Notes under the pieces: model-generated
What the model was told of the DNA's origin: nothing
What the model saw: only the letters and a program-made list of their open reading frames with translations
Databases searched by the model: none
Position numbers and translations under genes: made by a program
In this document: positions 37,357 to 45,457 of the stretch, one piece after another
Layout: every line of letters starts with the position of its first letter
Numbering within the stretch: position 1 is the stretch's first letter
Assembly (NCBI GenBank): GCA_019186845.1
Contig: JABARW010000018.1
Coordinates: 3,180 to 67,179, forward strand
Direction of reading: 5' to 3'
From: Planctomycetota bacterium
Lineage (GTDB): Bacteria; Planctomycetota; UBA8742; UBA2392
DNA: 64,000 nt

Positions 37357-37784
37357 TGGTCCACCCCGTCAAAATCGAGAGCTATGTTCCCGGCGGCGCC
37401 AAGCCCGGCAGCCTGACGTTCTTGCTCGACGGCAGGCGCATGAAGGCACTGGTCGAGCATGACTGCGATGAAGCCCGCGAAGTCTGGAAATCGGGCGCCG
37501 AATACCCCGTGGCCCTGACGCTGGTGGCCCGCGGCAAGGTGGACTACGCCGAGCCCGGCACGCCCGGCCTCACGCTCACGCGGCAAGCGGGGCTTGGCGA
37601 TGTCATGCGCTTTCTTGGCCGCACCTGGCAGAGCATCGACCACGCGACGGTTCTGCTCCAGACTGAGCCGCAGGTGGCCCTGCGGCTGGCCGAGCCCCAG
37701 TTCGCCACGGATTTCCGCGGCGGAAGCTGGCTCACCGGCGAGGGCGTGCTGACGGCGGCCCTCCCCGAAGACCACCACGACTGA
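37356..37784 (+). CDS. Hypothetical protein, translationally coupled to purH
   Basis: The ATG overlaps the purH TAA (TAATG). 142 aa with no motif I recognise. Confidence 0.5.
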   Translation: MVHPVKIESYVPGGAKPGSLTFLLDGRRMKALVEHDCDEAREVWKSGAEYPVALTLVARGKVDYAEPGTPGLTLTRQAGLGDVMRFLGRTWQSIDHATVLLQTEPQVALRLAEPQFATDFRGGSWLTGEGVLTAALPEDHHD

Positions 37785-37789
37785 CTCCC

Positions 37790-38656
37790 GTGCTCAACCT
37801 ACTGACCAAGCTGTTTCTCGCGGTGACGCCGGCGGCCAACACAGCCGGCGAGGGGGCTTCCAAGGCCGCCGAGGACCCGGGTTGGGTCAACGCCTTCATC
37901 AACAAGCTCTATGACCCGACCTGGAACGCCGAACATCGTTTCCAGATCTGGGCGCTGATCGTCTTTGTCCTGATTTCCACGGGCTTTGGCCTGCCCACCC
38001 CCGAAGACATCTGGCTGATGCTGGCCGGGTTTACGACGTGGCTTTCTTCGGGCGGGGAGTTTGTCTGGTACTACTACCTGCCGGTGCTGGTGCTGTGCTC
38101 GATCAGCAACGTGATCGGCGACCTCGTGGCCTGGGGCATGGGCTATCGCTGGGGCCTGGGCGTTCGTGATCGCTTCAAGTTCGTCAAGAAAATGATCACC
38201 GACAAGCGACTGGCCCGCGTGCAGGGCTGGTTTGACAACTACGGGCTGTGGGCCGTGTTCTTCGGCCGCCTGGTGGCGGGCGTGCGCTTTGTGACGTTCG
38301 TGATGGCCGGGACCATGAAGATCAAGTGGTGGAAGTTCGCCCTGGTCGATTTCTGCGCCTGCATGTGCAGCATTCCCATCTGGTTGACCCTGGGCGCCCT
38401 GATTGCCATTCACGGTCGCGAGTACGCCGACAACCTCTCCAAGCAGCTCAGCACCGGGGTTCTGGCGGGCGGCGCCGTGCTGCTGGTCGTTGTGGTGGCT
38501 TTCTACAAAATCCGCAATGCGCGCCGCGCGGCGCGCGAGGACGCCGCGGTCAGCAAGGAAGTCGACCTGTCCAGCGATGCCATCAAGGCCGAAACGCCCG
38601 CCAGGCCGGGAGACCCGGCCGAGGCCGAGGTCGAACTGGGCCGCAAGGCACCCTGA
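37790..38656 (+). CDS. DedA / SNARE-associated family membrane protein (second copy)
   Basis: GLPTPEDIWLMLAGF and FFGRLVAGVRFVTFVMAGTMKI are DedA-like. GTG start. Confidence 0.7.
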   Translation: MLNLLTKLFLAVTPAANTAGEGASKAAEDPGWVNAFINKLYDPTWNAEHRFQIWALIVFVLISTGFGLPTPEDIWLMLAGFTTWLSSGGEFVWYYYLPVLVLCSISNVIGDLVAWGMGYRWGLGVRDRFKFVKKMITDKRLARVQGWFDNYGLWAVFFGRLVAGVRFVTFVMAGTMKIKWWKFALVDFCACMCSIPIWLTLGALIAIHGREYADNLSKQLSTGVLAGGAVLLVVVVAFYKIRNARRAAREDAAVSKEVDLSSDAIKAETPARPGDPAEAEVELGRKAP

Positions 38657-38758
38657 GCGCCGGAATTCCGCTTTTTGTCGGGGTTTTCGCACAGCGCTGA
38701 TTCCTGTCGCAGGCCTTGGTAAACTTGGCCCCGCCCGGAAGCCTGGGCGGGGGGATGC

Positions 38759-39769
38759 ATGGCCGGGGAGATTTCACGAAACGAACGGCAGTTGAACCTC
38801 ATCAGCGCCTTGCTCAAGGCGCGTGATGGCATTGACTGGCAGCGGATTTCGACCATCGCCGGCTACGACGACGGCCTCTCACGCCGCTCGCTGCAGAAGC
38901 GCCTCGAACGCGACATCAAGGAACTTCAGGAAGTCGGGCTCCTCGTCACCGCCACCACGGGCGAAGAAGGCACCCGCACCTACGCCATCGACCGCGGCCG
39001 CTGCCTTCTGCCCGCCCTGCGCCTGACGCCCGAGCAGCGCGTGCTGCTTTACCGTGTGGGCGTCAGCTACCTCGACGAAGGCGGTGCGGGCCCCCTGACG
39101 GAGCACCTTTCGCGCGCGCTGGTCAAATTGCAGGCCGGATCCGGCATTGACGCCCTGCCCGACGAACTGCCCCCGGGCATTCTGCGCCGCTCCCTGCACC
39201 GCCGCCCGGCCGAGGCCAGACACCTCGACGTCATCGGCCTGGCGCTGCTCGAGCGCCGGCGCATCCGCTTCAATTACGGCAGCCGCCGGCGCGAAGAGTC
39301 GCGCCGCCAGGTGGCCCCGTACGCCCTCGTGACGCGGCGCGGCGGCTGGTACCTCATTGCCTACGATCCGGAGCGCAAGGGCGAACGCACGTTCAAGCTC
39401 TCGCGCATTCGCGGCAAAGTCAGCTTCGCGCCCGACAGCCGCGTGGGTGAATACGAAATCCCGGCGGGCTTTGACGCGGAGCGAAGCTTTTCATCCGACA
39501 TTTTCGGCGCCGGGGCCGGGGCATTTTGCGAAGTGCAAGTGCGCTTTGACGCCGACGTCGCCTTCATCATTGAGAACGAGTTTTCCGGCCTTCACCGCAT
39601 CGAGCCCGCCGCGGGCGGCGGCGTGGTGCTGCACCTCGAACGCGCCTATCCCTTTGAGCTGATGCGCTATCTGGGCGAGTTCGCCGGCCACTGGGAAATC
39701 ATCGCGCCCAAAGCCCTGCGCGAACAGACGCTGAACTGGGTTCACACAGCCCTGGGGAGGCTGGCATGA
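38759..39769 (+). CDS. HTH-WYL domain transcriptional regulator (PafB/PafC-like, first of a pair)
   Basis: N-terminal wHTH (RQLNLISALLKARDGIDWQRISTIAGY). WYL domain (RIRFNYGSRRREESRRQVAPYALVTRRGGWYLIAYDPERKGERTFKLSRIRG). Confidence 0.8.
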   Translation: MAGEISRNERQLNLISALLKARDGIDWQRISTIAGYDDGLSRRSLQKRLERDIKELQEVGLLVTATTGEEGTRTYAIDRGRCLLPALRLTPEQRVLLYRVGVSYLDEGGAGPLTEHLSRALVKLQAGSGIDALPDELPPGILRRSLHRRPAEARHLDVIGLALLERRRIRFNYGSRRREESRRQVAPYALVTRRGGWYLIAYDPERKGERTFKLSRIRGKVSFAPDSRVGEYEIPAGFDAERSFSSDIFGAGAGAFCEVQVRFDADVAFIIENEFSGLHRIEPAAGGGVVLHLERAYPFELMRYLGEFAGHWEIIAPKALREQTLNWVHTALGRLA

Positions 39770-40749
39770 GCGAGGTGGCCCGGCTGGTTTCACTGGCCAG
39801 CTTCCTGGCCTCGCACCCCCGGATCTCTCTGGGAGAGGCAGCGCGCGCCACGCACCGCACGCCCCAGGAACTGCTCAAGGACATGAACGCCCTGATGATG
39901 GTGGGCGTCCACCCCTACACACCCAGCGACTACATCGGCTATGCCACTTCAGGCCCCGGGGAAAACGGCCTGATTACCCTCTACTCCGCCGATCACTTCA
40001 AACGTCCGCCCAACTTCACGCCCCAGGAAGCCCTGGCCCTGAAGTACGCCCTGGAGCACTACGCCCAGGCCGCCGACGGCCCCACCCGCCGCCAGATCGA
40101 CGAACTTGCCGCGGCGCTGGCCGAGAGCCTTCACGGCCAGGCCGCCCGGGAGCTCTCAAGGCGCGAGCGCGGCTTCATTCTTCCCCGCCGCACCGAGCGC
40201 ATGCGCGAGATGATCGGGCGGCTGGCCCGCGCCGGCGAAGAACGGCGCGTAGTGGAGCTGGAGTACTTCTCGGCCCATCGCGGCACGCTTTCGCGCCGCC
40301 GCGTCCACCCCTACCGCATAGTGGAGTCCGGATCCCACTTCTACCTGCTTGCCCTGTGCGAACTGGCCGGGGCCACCCGCCACTTTCGCGTGGACCGCAT
40401 CCGCCATGCGCAGATGCTGGATGAAGTCTTCACGGAAGCCGTCCCGGTCCGCAGCAAGGCGGGCCGCATGGAGCCCGCCATGCGCGGCCGGCAGTTCGAG
40501 ACGCTCATGGTCGAGTTCAGCCGTGAAGCCGGGCCCGACGTGCTTGAGGAATACGGCCAATTGCCCGACGTTGAAGTGACCGCCAAAGCCAACGGGCGCG
40601 TCGTCCTGAAGCTGCCTCTGTTCAACGAAACCTGGGCCGTGGGCTTTGTGATGAGCTTTGGCGAACACGCCACCATTTTGCGCCCGCAGAGTGCCCGCGA
40701 CGCCCTCAAACGCACCCTGGAGCAGGCCCTGAAGGCCCATCAGGCATGA
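39766..40749 (+). CDS. HTH-WYL domain transcriptional regulator (PafB/PafC-like, second of a pair)
   Basis: 4-nt ATGA overlap with the upstream gene. WYL domain (VVELEYFSAHRGTLSRRRVHPYRIVESGSHFYLLALCELAGATRHFRVDRIRH). Confidence 0.8.
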   Translation: MSEVARLVSLASFLASHPRISLGEAARATHRTPQELLKDMNALMMVGVHPYTPSDYIGYATSGPGENGLITLYSADHFKRPPNFTPQEALALKYALEHYAQAADGPTRRQIDELAAALAESLHGQAARELSRRERGFILPRRTERMREMIGRLARAGEERRVVELEYFSAHRGTLSRRRVHPYRIVESGSHFYLLALCELAGATRHFRVDRIRHAQMLDEVFTEAVPVRSKAGRMEPAMRGRQFETLMVEFSREAGPDVLEEYGQLPDVEVTAKANGRVVLKLPLFNETWAVGFVMSFGEHATILRPQSARDALKRTLEQALKAHQA

Positions 40750-40753
40750 CCCG

Positions 40754-41542
40754 TCAGCGGCGGCCGCGAAAAGGCATGCCCGCCACATACACCACCGCGC
40801 AGAGCAGGAATGACAGGGCCACGATGGCCAGCGGATAGTGCAGCTTCACGAGCAGATTGGCAATCAGCTCAAACACGGGCCCGCCACGCGCCCCCAGCAG
40901 GCGATCTACGATCAGGTGCATGATCAGCGCCATTCCGCACAGCACGAGCAGACCCACCGCGCAGTTCTTCAAGTCCTGCCTTGACGGCGCCAAGGCCATG
41001 GAAATGCACATGGAAAAGTAGAGAAACAGGTAGGTTCGCACATCCGTCCAGGCTGCCGTGGTGAGCGCCAGCTCGAGGTCGTGGTACACAAGCGTGAACA
41101 GCTGCATGACGAAATCGAAGGTCTGCGGCGTCGTGCCCGAGGCCGTCACGCGATAGAAATTCATGGCTCCGCCCAGAGACCAGCCCAGCAGCCAGAACGC
41201 CAGGGTGCAGCCTGCCAGGGGCGCCAGCGAAATGATGACGTCCCCCGGATAACGCAGTTTGGGCGGGCCGTGCCTGACCTCCCCGCTGCCGTCGTCACGA
41301 AACAGGGTGATCTTGTGGATTTTGGCGCCGGTCAGCAGGCAGCCGGCGGCGTGGGAAAGCTCATGCAGGGCCACGCCCGGAGCAATCAGATAGGCCAGCA
41401 GGCGCGGCGGCAGGGCGCGCAGCCAGCATTCGCGCAGGATGTAGCACAGGGCAATCAGCAGCGTGACGCCCAGAGAGAAGTTGAGAAAAGCCGTCAGGGT
41501 GGGCATGGCTCGTGTCGCCGCTGGCGCAATGCCCTTCGTCAA
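40754..41542 (-). CDS. Polytopic membrane protein with an HExxH motif (peptidase M50B-like)
   Basis: VALHELSHAAGCLLTGAKIHKITLFRDDGSGEV resembles the M50B zinc-site context. About 6 hydrophobic helices. The start could be 41542 or 41506. Confidence 0.55.
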   Translation of the reverse strand: MTKGIAPAATRAMPTLTAFLNFSLGVTLLIALCYILRECWLRALPPRLLAYLIAPGVALHELSHAAGCLLTGAKIHKITLFRDDGSGEVRHGPPKLRYPGDVIISLAPLAGCTLAFWLLGWSLGGAMNFYRVTASGTTPQTFDFVMQLFTLVYHDLELALTTAAWTDVRTYLFLYFSMCISMALAPSRQDLKNCAVGLLVLCGMALIMHLIVDRLLGARGGPVFELIANLLVKLHYPLAIVALSFLLCAVVYVAGMPFRGRR

Positions 41543-41565
41543 TTGCCCGGCAAGTCTTTAGAAGT

Positions 41566-43116
41566 TCAGGTGGGACGGGCCATGACCACGCGGTTTCGGC
41601 CCCCCGCCTTGCACTCGTAAAGCGCCGTGTCTGCCTCGCGCAAAAGCTGGTCTTCGCTGATGGTCGTCTTGGTTACATAGGCCACGCCGATGGAGACGGT
41701 GACCTTCATTGACTTGCCTTCGTCGGACACCAGCGGCAATTCCAGTTCTTCGATCTTGCGGCGCAGATATTCGGCCTTGGAACGCGCAGCCTCACCCATG
41801 GTTTCAGGCAGGATGGCACACAGCTCCTCGCCACCGTAACGGCACACGGAGTCCAGGTCGCGGAAGCTCGCCTTCATCAGAGCGCCCACGGCGGCCAGCA
41901 CGGCATCGCCCTGCTGGTGGCCGTAGCTGTCGTTGACCTTCTTGAAGTGGTCGATGTCCAGCATCAGCAGCGAGAGATCGCGCTGGTAGCGCAGGGCGCG
42001 CCTGAACTCAAGCGTCAGGTTTTCCTCGAAGACCCTGCGGTTGAACAACCCCGTCAGGTTGTCGGTGCGGCTGGCCAGCGTGATGCGCTCGAGGTTCTCG
42101 CGGTTGGAAATGACCAGTCCGAGAAAGTCTGCAATGGTGATGACGAGGTCCTTGATGGACTGTGCCACCATGCTGTGGTTCTTGTAGAAGCGCGCCAGGC
42201 TCTTGGGCAGACCCACGTGCAGCAGGCCGCGAATCTCGTTGCCGGCCTTGATGGGCGCGATGTGGCTGCCGGTTTCGTCGATGGCCAGGGCCTGCACGCC
42301 GCTCATCACGTTGCCGTAGAGCGTGTTCAGGTTGGTCTGGATCTTCGTGGTGGCGCGGAAGGGATGCGCATAGCGCACCTCAAGTTCGCCCTCGCGGTTC
42401 TTGAGCAGCACGGCGCAGTTGGAAAACCCGGCCTCATTGACCATGGTCAGGGCCGCTTCCTTGAACACATCACTGATCTGCTCGATTTCCAGCAGCCGCT
42501 TGGTGAGCACGGGCACGGCGCGCAGCACCTCAGCCAGAGCGATGATGCGTGTATTTGCCTCCGCGATCTCGATGTTCTTCTTCTGGTTCTCCTTGGCCGC
42601 GCGCTGAGCCTCCAGAGAAAGTTCGCGGTTGTACTCGCTCTCGCTGCGCAGTTTGTTCTCAAGCTTGACCTGCTCGCTGACGTCGCGCGCGCTGCCCACG
42701 TGCAGGATGCGCCCGAGGTAATTCACCACCGAATAGCAGATCTCGAGCGTGCGCACCTCGCCGTCAGGCAGCACCACGCGAAAGCGCAGCGAGCCGCGCT
42801 CACCGGGCCGCGAAGCCTGGCCGCGCTGGGTGGATACCAGCACACGGTCGTCCGGGTGGATCAGGGAGGAGGTGGCCAGGGGCGTCTTGTTTTCGACGAG
42901 CTGCTCGGCTGTATAGCCCACCAGCTCGCAAAACGCCGGGTTGACCTTCACGAAGACATCGGCCACAGGGTCAAGCACGTACTGCCCGTCCATCCCGTTC
43001 TGGAAATGGACCTGCAGCAGGTTGGACTGAATGGTCGCCGTTGACTCTTCCATGGCACTCAACACAAACCGGTCGCCCCAAGGCGACCGGTCTTGCGTCG
43101 TCGGGGCAACCATCAC
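41566..43116 (-). CDS. PAS-GAF-GGDEF diguanylate cyclase (GGEEL variant)
   Basis: GLFNRRVFEE...DIDHFKKVNDSYGHQQGD...FRDLDSVCRYGGEELCAILP. Confidence 0.85.
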   Translation of the reverse strand: MMVAPTTQDRSPWGDRFVLSAMEESTATIQSNLLQVHFQNGMDGQYVLDPVADVFVKVNPAFCELVGYTAEQLVENKTPLATSSLIHPDDRVLVSTQRGQASRPGERGSLRFRVVLPDGEVRTLEICYSVVNYLGRILHVGSARDVSEQVKLENKLRSESEYNRELSLEAQRAAKENQKKNIEIAEANTRIIALAEVLRAVPVLTKRLLEIEQISDVFKEAALTMVNEAGFSNCAVLLKNREGELEVRYAHPFRATTKIQTNLNTLYGNVMSGVQALAIDETGSHIAPIKAGNEIRGLLHVGLPKSLARFYKNHSMVAQSIKDLVITIADFLGLVISNRENLERITLASRTDNLTGLFNRRVFEENLTLEFRRALRYQRDLSLLMLDIDHFKKVNDSYGHQQGDAVLAAVGALMKASFRDLDSVCRYGGEELCAILPETMGEAARSKAEYLRRKIEELELPLVSDEGKSMKVTVSIGVAYVTKTTISEDQLLREADTALYECKAGGRNRVVMARPT

Positions 43117-43739
43117 ATCGCTACACGCCGCTCGCTGCCCGGCACCACAGTATCCACAATGCGCACCGAGGGTTCGCGCGACGCAACCACCGCTTCATCC
43201 ACCGCCGCCACAGCGCGGCTGCTTCCTTTAAGCAGGCGCAACTGCTGCAACTCGCCCATGGCCCGCGCAATAAGCCCATGGCCGACCGCTTCTGCTTCTG
43301 TGCTGGGCATTGTGGGCGTTTCCACTTCGCCGCCGACCAGCCCAACACTTTGTATGATCTCCGCAACGGGCTCGCAGCGCTCGGTATCAGCGCCCAGGGG
43401 CAGTATGGCCGGAGACTCAACTCCAATTTCACCTGCAACGTTAGCTTGCATGATAGCAACGGCCAGACCGGATTCATGGGTAACTTCTTCTCTATTAGAA
43501 CAAATGTCATTCTGAACTTCAGGCTTCAAGCAATCGCTTACGACTGTCACCGCACCCAGAGGCTCTGGCTTTCCCACCAGTCCCCGGCCGGAGTCTTTCA
43601 TGTCGCGGGAGATACGTGCGAGGCGCTGGGAAGCCCGCTTGAGTTTGGCCCAGGCAAAGTCCAGTGCCACGGCCGCGAAAATCAACACACCCAACCCCAT
43701 AAGCACATGGGGCACGTACTCGACAAAAAGTAATGTCAT
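43113..43739 (-). CDS. Hypothetical N-terminally anchored protein, translationally coupled to the downstream cyclase
   Basis: Strong RBS (TAAGGAGGG) before the ATG at 43739. One TM helix (VLMGLGVLIFAAVALDFAW). 4-nt overlap with 41566..43116. Confidence 0.5.
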   Translation of the reverse strand: MTLLFVEYVPHVLMGLGVLIFAAVALDFAWAKLKRASQRLARISRDMKDSGRGLVGKPEPLGAVTVVSDCLKPEVQNDICSNREEVTHESGLAVAIMQANVAGEIGVESPAILPLGADTERCEPVAEIIQSVGLVGGEVETPTMPSTEAEAVGHGLIARAMGELQQLRLLKGSSRAVAAVDEAVVASREPSVRIVDTVVPGSERRVAM

Positions 43740-43794
43740 GTTCCCTCCTTAACTGAGCGTGGCAATTGGCAAAGCGGGCAATAGCATCGCCGCC

Positions 43795-44568
43795 ATGAGC
43801 CACGTACTCGCCGTGATTCCTGCGCGCCTGGCGTCCACGCGACTGCCGCGCAAGGTCCTCCTCAACAAGACCGGCAAGCCCCTCGTGCAACACGTCTATG
43901 AAGGGGCCAAAGCCTGCAAGCTTATCGACAAGGTGGTGGTCGCGACTGATGCCGAAGAAGTCGCCCGCGTGGTTCGCGGCTTTGGCGGAGAGGCCGTCAT
44001 GACCTCCCCTGACTGCCAGAGCGGAACTGACCGCGTGGCGCAGGCGGCCCGCAAGTTCCCCAGGGCCACGCTGGTCATCAACGTACAGGGCGACGAGCCT
44101 GAAATGAGTCCCGTGCCCCTTACCGCCCTGGTCGCGGGCATGAAGAAAATGCGCGCAGCGCAGATGGGCACGATCGTGACGCCATGGCCCGCGGGCGTGC
44201 CGTTGTCAGAGCCCGGATTTGTGAAGGTGGTGACGGACAGAAAGGGCTTTGCGCTCTATTTCTCTCGCAGTCCCGTGCCCTTTTTCCGCGAGCACTCTGA
44301 ACTGCCGGCCGATGGCCGCCGAGAAGACGGCCAGCCCCGCTATCTCAAGCATGTGGGGCTCTATGCCTTCAGGCCGAAGTTCCTGCAGAAGTACGCGAAA
44401 ATGGCCCAGACGCCGCTGGAGAAGGCCGAAAGCCTTGAGCAGCTTCGCGCCCTGGAAAACGGCGTAAAGATCGCCGCCTTCCTTAGCGAATACCGCGGCT
44501 ATGAGGTCAACACGCCGGCCGACTATGAAGCCTTCGTGGCCCGCGAACTTGGCCGCCGCGGGCGCTGA
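43795..44568 (+). CDS. kdsB: 3-deoxy-manno-octulosonate cytidylyltransferase
   Basis: VIPARLASTRLPRKVL, NVQGDEP. Start taken at the ATG at 43795. Confidence 0.85.
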   Translation: MSHVLAVIPARLASTRLPRKVLLNKTGKPLVQHVYEGAKACKLIDKVVVATDAEEVARVVRGFGGEAVMTSPDCQSGTDRVAQAARKFPRATLVINVQGDEPEMSPVPLTALVAGMKKMRAAQMGTIVTPWPAGVPLSEPGFVKVVTDRKGFALYFSRSPVPFFREHSELPADGRREDGQPRYLKHVGLYAFRPKFLQKYAKMAQTPLEKAESLEQLRALENGVKIAAFLSEYRGYEVNTPADYEAFVARELGRRGR

Positions 44569-44582
44569 AGGCCGAGGCTGGT

Positions 44583-45383
44583 TCAGCTCTTGGCGCCGCC
44601 GAAGAGCTTGCGCAGCATATGCAGTGTGTGCTGACGGCCCAAGTTGGCGATGGCTTCCGTCAGGGGGATGTGCTTGGGGCAGACCTCAACACAGTTCTGC
44701 GCGTTGCCGCACTCCGTCAGGCCGCCGGGGCCCATGGTTGCCTCGATGCGATCATGGGCGTGCATTTTGCCGCTGGGATGGTCGTTGAACAGCACGACCT
44801 GACCGATCACAGCCGCGCCGATGAAGTTGCCTTCCTTGGTGTACTGGGGGCAAGCCTCCATGCAGCAGCCGCAACTCATGCACTCGGAGAGCTTGTAGCG
44901 CCACTCCTGGGTCTTTTCGCTGTAGCGGGGGCCGGGACCGAGGTCGTGGGTGCCGTCAATGTTGATCCAGGCCTTGGACTTCTTGAGGTCCTTGAATATG
45001 CGCTGGCGGTCCACCCACAGGTCGCGCTTGACGGGAAACTTCTCCATGGGTTCGAGGGTGATTTCGCGGCCGACCGTGGGGTCATCAATCAGCGCGCTGC
45101 AGGCCTGGCGCACGCGCCCGTTGATGTTCATGGTGCAGGCGCCGCAGACCTCTTCGAGGCAGTTGCACTCCCACACCACGGGAGCCGTCTCCTTGCCGCC
45201 GGCCGTCTTGGGGTTGCGCTGCACCTGCTGAAGCGCCGAAATCACGTTCATGTTCTTGGCGTAAGGAACGGTGAACTCCTCCCAGTAGCTCTTGGAGGTC
45301 GGGCCGTCCTGCCGCTTGATCTTGAGGCGTACGCTGGTTTGGGCGGTGGCGAGCGCGCGTTCGGCGATGCTGGCTTCGGGCAT
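44583..45383 (-). CDS. sdhB: Succinate dehydrogenase / fumarate reductase iron-sulfur subunit
   Basis: 2Fe-2S motif CNCLEEVCGAC...C. 4Fe-4S/3Fe-4S motifs CMSCGCCMEACP and CGNAQNCVEVCP. Confidence 0.85.
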   Translation of the reverse strand: MPEASIAERALATAQTSVRLKIKRQDGPTSKSYWEEFTVPYAKNMNVISALQQVQRNPKTAGGKETAPVVWECNCLEEVCGACTMNINGRVRQACSALIDDPTVGREITLEPMEKFPVKRDLWVDRQRIFKDLKKSKAWINIDGTHDLGPGPRYSEKTQEWRYKLSECMSCGCCMEACPQYTKEGNFIGAAVIGQVVLFNDHPSGKMHAHDRIEATMGPGGLTECGNAQNCVEVCPKHIPLTEAIANLGRQHTLHMLRKLFGGAKS

Positions 45384-45457
45384 GTTGGTCTCGATTGATG
45401 GGTGCAGAACCCCCGCGCGTAATATAGTCGCGATGGGTCCCGCGGCAACATCAGAGC

